Source: Balanoglossus misakiensis (Eukaryota; Animalia; Hemichordata). Taken from it: a DNA stretch of 64,000 bases. The notes below the pieces were generated by a model that worked only from the letters and a program-made list of their open reading frames with translations, searched no databases and had not been told where the DNA came from. The translations under genes were made by a program, and so were the position numbers. Location: NCBI GenBank assembly GCA_040954595.2, contig CM082591.2:11549309-11613308 (forward strand). Reading direction: 5' to 3'. Within the stretch, counting starts at the first letter, position 1; every line of letters starts with the position of its first letter. This document shows, one piece after another, positions 60,402 to 64,000 of the stretch.

Positions 60402-61337
60402 TATTTGTGAAGTTAACATGGATTCTCGCTGGTTATTTTGTCTGTACAGGTACATGTAACACATATAGAGCTGCCACATTCATTATATTTTTTCCACAAT
60501 AAAATAGTTAAAATATATTCCCTATCCTTTATAATCCTTTACCATTAAGCCAATGACACTGCCATATTACTTGTATTTGCATCAGTTTGTCATCTCTTGG
60601 CGACGCAATACCACAATACCTGAAGCTGCATACTGTTTGTTTGGAGGCTGATTAAATGAGTGCAGCACCCATTTATCCTTAATGCTGGTGTCATGCCTTT
60701 TCAGAGTGTCAAGTCCTTTAAAGTATGTATGTGCATCTTCTTAAACCTATTTTGAACGTCTCACATACACATAATTTAAATAATGTTCTTAGACACACCT
60801 TGGCAGTTTGAACCCCCCGTAAAATGTACCAAATGGTACTGGTTTGCACTGCTTTTGTTTGAGGGTCTTGTATAGGCCCTACTGATTAACACACACTTGG
60901 CAGCCCAACAGGCCTGGGTGCCAGGATTCTAGGCACCCTTAAAATCCAACCAGTTTCAACTGACTTGGCAGCGTTCGGGTTAAAGTATGGGTAGCGTGTT
61001 CAAATTGCAACATACAGCCACAATTGGGCATCAATAAGATGTTCATGTAATCAGTATTAGCTTGTTTTGATGTGTGAACTTTACTCAAGTCTGCCGATAA
61101 AGTGCCCTATAGAAAACATAAGGATTTCTAGAGATTTCTCTAACCTATGCCTTAGCATGTAGTGTGGACAATTTTCTTGAGTCACCAGTGAGTTAGTTGA
61201 GTCAGTCATATGGGCTTAGAGGGCACACTGACCTCTACAGAGGGAAATACATGTAGGGTGAAAGGTTTTTAACAATTAACATGGTACATGCTAATAATGT
61301 TTTTGTATTATTGTTTTGACAGAATTGCACAGACACT

Positions 61338-61549
61338 ATGTCTCATTGGCGGGATACCTGTCCCCTTGACTGTAAAGTCTATGTTGGGGATCTAGGTTCT
61401 GGAGCTGCCAAACATGAATTGGAAAGAGCATTTAGTCATTATGGCCCTCTACGGAATGTTTGGGTGGCTAGGAATCCTCCAGGTTTTGCATTTGTGGAAT
61501 TTGAAGATCCAAGAGATGCAGGTGACTCGGTTCGGGCTCTTGATGGAAG
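61338..61549 (+). CDS. SRSF3: SR splicing factor SRSF3/Rbp1-like, first coding exon (RRM)
   Basis: [13 protein letters not shown]…[44 protein letters not shown]; acceptor ending at 61322, donor AG|gtaaag. Confidence 0.9.
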
Positions 61550-62109
61550 GTAAAGTAATAAGATCATATATTATACATACTGTTTACATGTATTGGGAAG
61601 TTACAAGGATCCATGCTGCTTTCACCAACTTTCTCTTTTGCAACACAGAGCTGTTGACGACAATTAACTTTTCCTGCCAGGCGTGTTACATGCCATACTG
61701 CCAAGTACAATTACCAGGGCATGTCTTTGAAATGGCAGGAGAGCTAAAAATTGCTCTCCTGAAACCATCCCCGTGAGTGGTGGGCGAGTGATTTAATAGC
61801 TCTCCTGAAAATAGTCAGGCCAGTGAAAATTTCTATTTGTATTTTCAAATGATGCTTTTATTTGGACAAGTCAGGCAAATTTCTGCCGCTGTTGAATGCT
61901 CCTTGATGACAAGGAGATCTTCCATTGTTTCATGGTTCGTAAAAGGCTTCTATCAATATAACAAGGCTGTTAGAAAGACGAAGCCAGCCTTAACTTAGTC
62001 TAACTGTACTGTAGTGTTATTAACACCAATGGACAGTCTCAAAAACTAGGCTGATCTGAATTTAAAATTTAAAAAAATCATCAATGGATTGCTGAAAATG
62101 GCCTTTCAT

Positions 62110-62399
62110 ATGATCAAGACACCATTTATGTTATTCTACATGTGGATAGTGAATCAACGTTCGACCACACACAACTTCCATCCCACTTGTACACACAAGA
62201 GTGAAAAACTTGTCAAAATGAATAATCAGTGTTTACCATTTATTCATTCTGTCGAGATTTTTACTCTCATATATATCCTCCAAGTTGTGTGTGGCCGAAC
62301 GTTGATTCACTATATATCCAAATGTAGAATAACATAAATGGCGTCTTGTATCAAACATAATTAATAGAAAAAGGGCAGCAAAAGAGAGACTTTGTCCCT
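62110..62399. mobile_element. Palindromic TTAA MITE, copy 3 (left end truncated), in the SRSF3-like intron
   Basis: Matches 33174-33519. Confidence 0.8.
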
Positions 62400-63248
62400 G
62401 TAAGTATGTTGATACAAACATTTGCAACATATTAGTCAATAATTAGGTCTACGAACTTTCAATGTACATGTACTGCCAAGTGTACATGTTGTTATGAAAG
62501 CTTGCCAACTGATTATGAACACGGACGTGTGGCAGGCGCCCAGATCTAGACGAGGTCTATGCATACGCGAGCAGAAAATCGCTCCCGCAGATTTTAATTT
62601 GCGCAAGCGGAGCGATCACTCGCCTCAAAAGGTAAGGTCTGAATTACAGTGGAACACTGATTATCCGTACCTGTTGGGCGGGTTAGATTTTGTTCGGATA
62701 ATTGATTTTTCGGATAATTGATTTTGGCACGTCCGAATAAAAGAAAATACTTTCAATGGCCTGCGAGCTGCAGATACCTGCGTAGTAGGTTACAATTTCG
62801 AGTCAAAAATCCCCATATGATAGGTTAAAATGACATTGGGATGTGCACAAGGAGAGATACTGCAGCACTTGTCATGTACATCCACTTCTGGTTGCATATA
62901 TATTCAATATGCATCTGGTTGTGTGCACAGGAAGGGAAAGTGAAAGAAACGATTGAAATGTTATTCCTATCATACACTGGAAGTTATACTTGGGTAACTT
63001 TCCTCTTCAAGGGGCATGTATGGCAGCGATGGGCCGCCATAAGCATGTACTTGTATAGTATAACGCTTTGTCTGCATGTGGCCTGGTGTCTGTTTATAGA
63101 CGTGACCAGATACACTGTGCACATCAGTCATTAATCCTTTCACCCCCAGTTCCCTTTTAGAGGTCCAGCCTTACCATGGAAAATAATTGGTTTGGACTGA
63201 ACCATGGTGGTGATCAAATTGATCTGATCAAATTTTCCTCTGTTGTAG

Positions 63249-63389
63249 AATAATATGTGGGCGTCGTGTAAGAGTGGAATTGTCATCAGGAAAGACACGC
63301 CGTGGTCGTTATGGTAGACCGCCGCCGCCGCCAAGACGACCTTATTATGATGACAGAGACCGAGATCGTGACTATGATAAATACAGAAG
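63249..63389 (+). CDS. SRSF3: SRSF3-like second coding exon (end of RRM + RD-rich linker); the RS domain lies beyond the window
   Basis: ttgtag|A ATA ATA TGT: RIICGRRVRVELSSGKTRRGRYGRPPPPRRPYYDDRDRDRDYDKYR; no SRSF7-type zinc knuckle; donor gtatgt. Confidence 0.88.
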
Positions 63390-64000
63390 GTATGTTTACT
63401 ACTTGTAATTCATGTAATCTGCAGGACTGACCAAAGATTGCCATAATTAAATTTGCTGGAAGCATTTAGTATCAGTGGAAGTAGAGAGATGTTTTGATTG
63501 TCTAGAGTCGAGATGAGATTGCAAACAATATCTGCTCTAAAAGATTGCTGTCTTGCACATGCATTATTGTAATGAGTACAAATCTCAATATGGATATTTT
63601 AAAGACAGCAAAACATGCGCACACTACAAGGACGAGCGGCCACTGAATTGATCAGTTTAGAGTAACCAGTCTAGATTGAAGCATTCACCTTTATGTTCAC
63701 CTGATAACTGATTCCTTATCATGTTAGATTGTATCCTTCCCACAATTCCTTTCATGAAAATCTAATGACATATATGTAGCATAGTATAACAATTTATTGC
63801 TGATGAGGTGGTATGATTTTTCAACATGGCAAATTGAAATAGAATGGCTTCGTTTAGTAGTAACCATGTTGTGTAATATTATTTAGAAATTTGAGCACCC
63901 TATTTCCAAAATTGAGTACATCTGCCCTATAGGATTTTGTTTGATGATCATATTTGACATCATTTTGTATTTCTTTGGTGCTTACACAATAATAGATGTC

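Noticed and set aside
61338-63389. SRSF7/9G8 assignment
   Set aside because: No CCHC zinc knuckle after the RRM in the visible exon, so SRSF3-like is preferred, although orthology needs a tree.
63390-64000. SR-gene poison exon or intronic snoRNA
   Set aside because: Expected from SRSF3 biology, but no convincing splice sites or box motifs could be assigned by eye.

Overview
Repeat-rich animal (probably invertebrate) genomic DNA; no prokaryotic features. There are two host genes. An ELAC2/RNase Z(L)-like gene on the minus strand was reconstructed by hand from 11 short GT-AG exons (52455 to 26341, about 291 codons, N-terminal half only). An SRSF3/Rbp1-like SR splicing factor on the plus strand has two coding exons (61338-61549, 63249-63389). 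Almost everything else is transposon-derived: (1) two Crypton-type DUF3504 tyrosine-recombinase elements and a non-autonomous derivative; (2) a 12 kb stack of eight Helentron/HINE-like elements that parses as perfectly balanced nested insertions; (3) a decayed Ty3/Gypsy element with a -1 frameshift signal, a PHD finger on integrase and an extra zinc finger + TatD-like nuclease ORF inside its 3' LTR boundary; (4) a Penelope fragment with hammerhead ribozymes in inverted pLTRs; (5) an L2/CR1-group LINE; (6) many MITEs with readable TIRs and TSDs. The most unusual items are the TatD-carrying retrotransposon, the self-nesting HINE stack and the flip/flop hairpin loops at HINE ends. All family assignments come from motif recognition by eye, with no database search.
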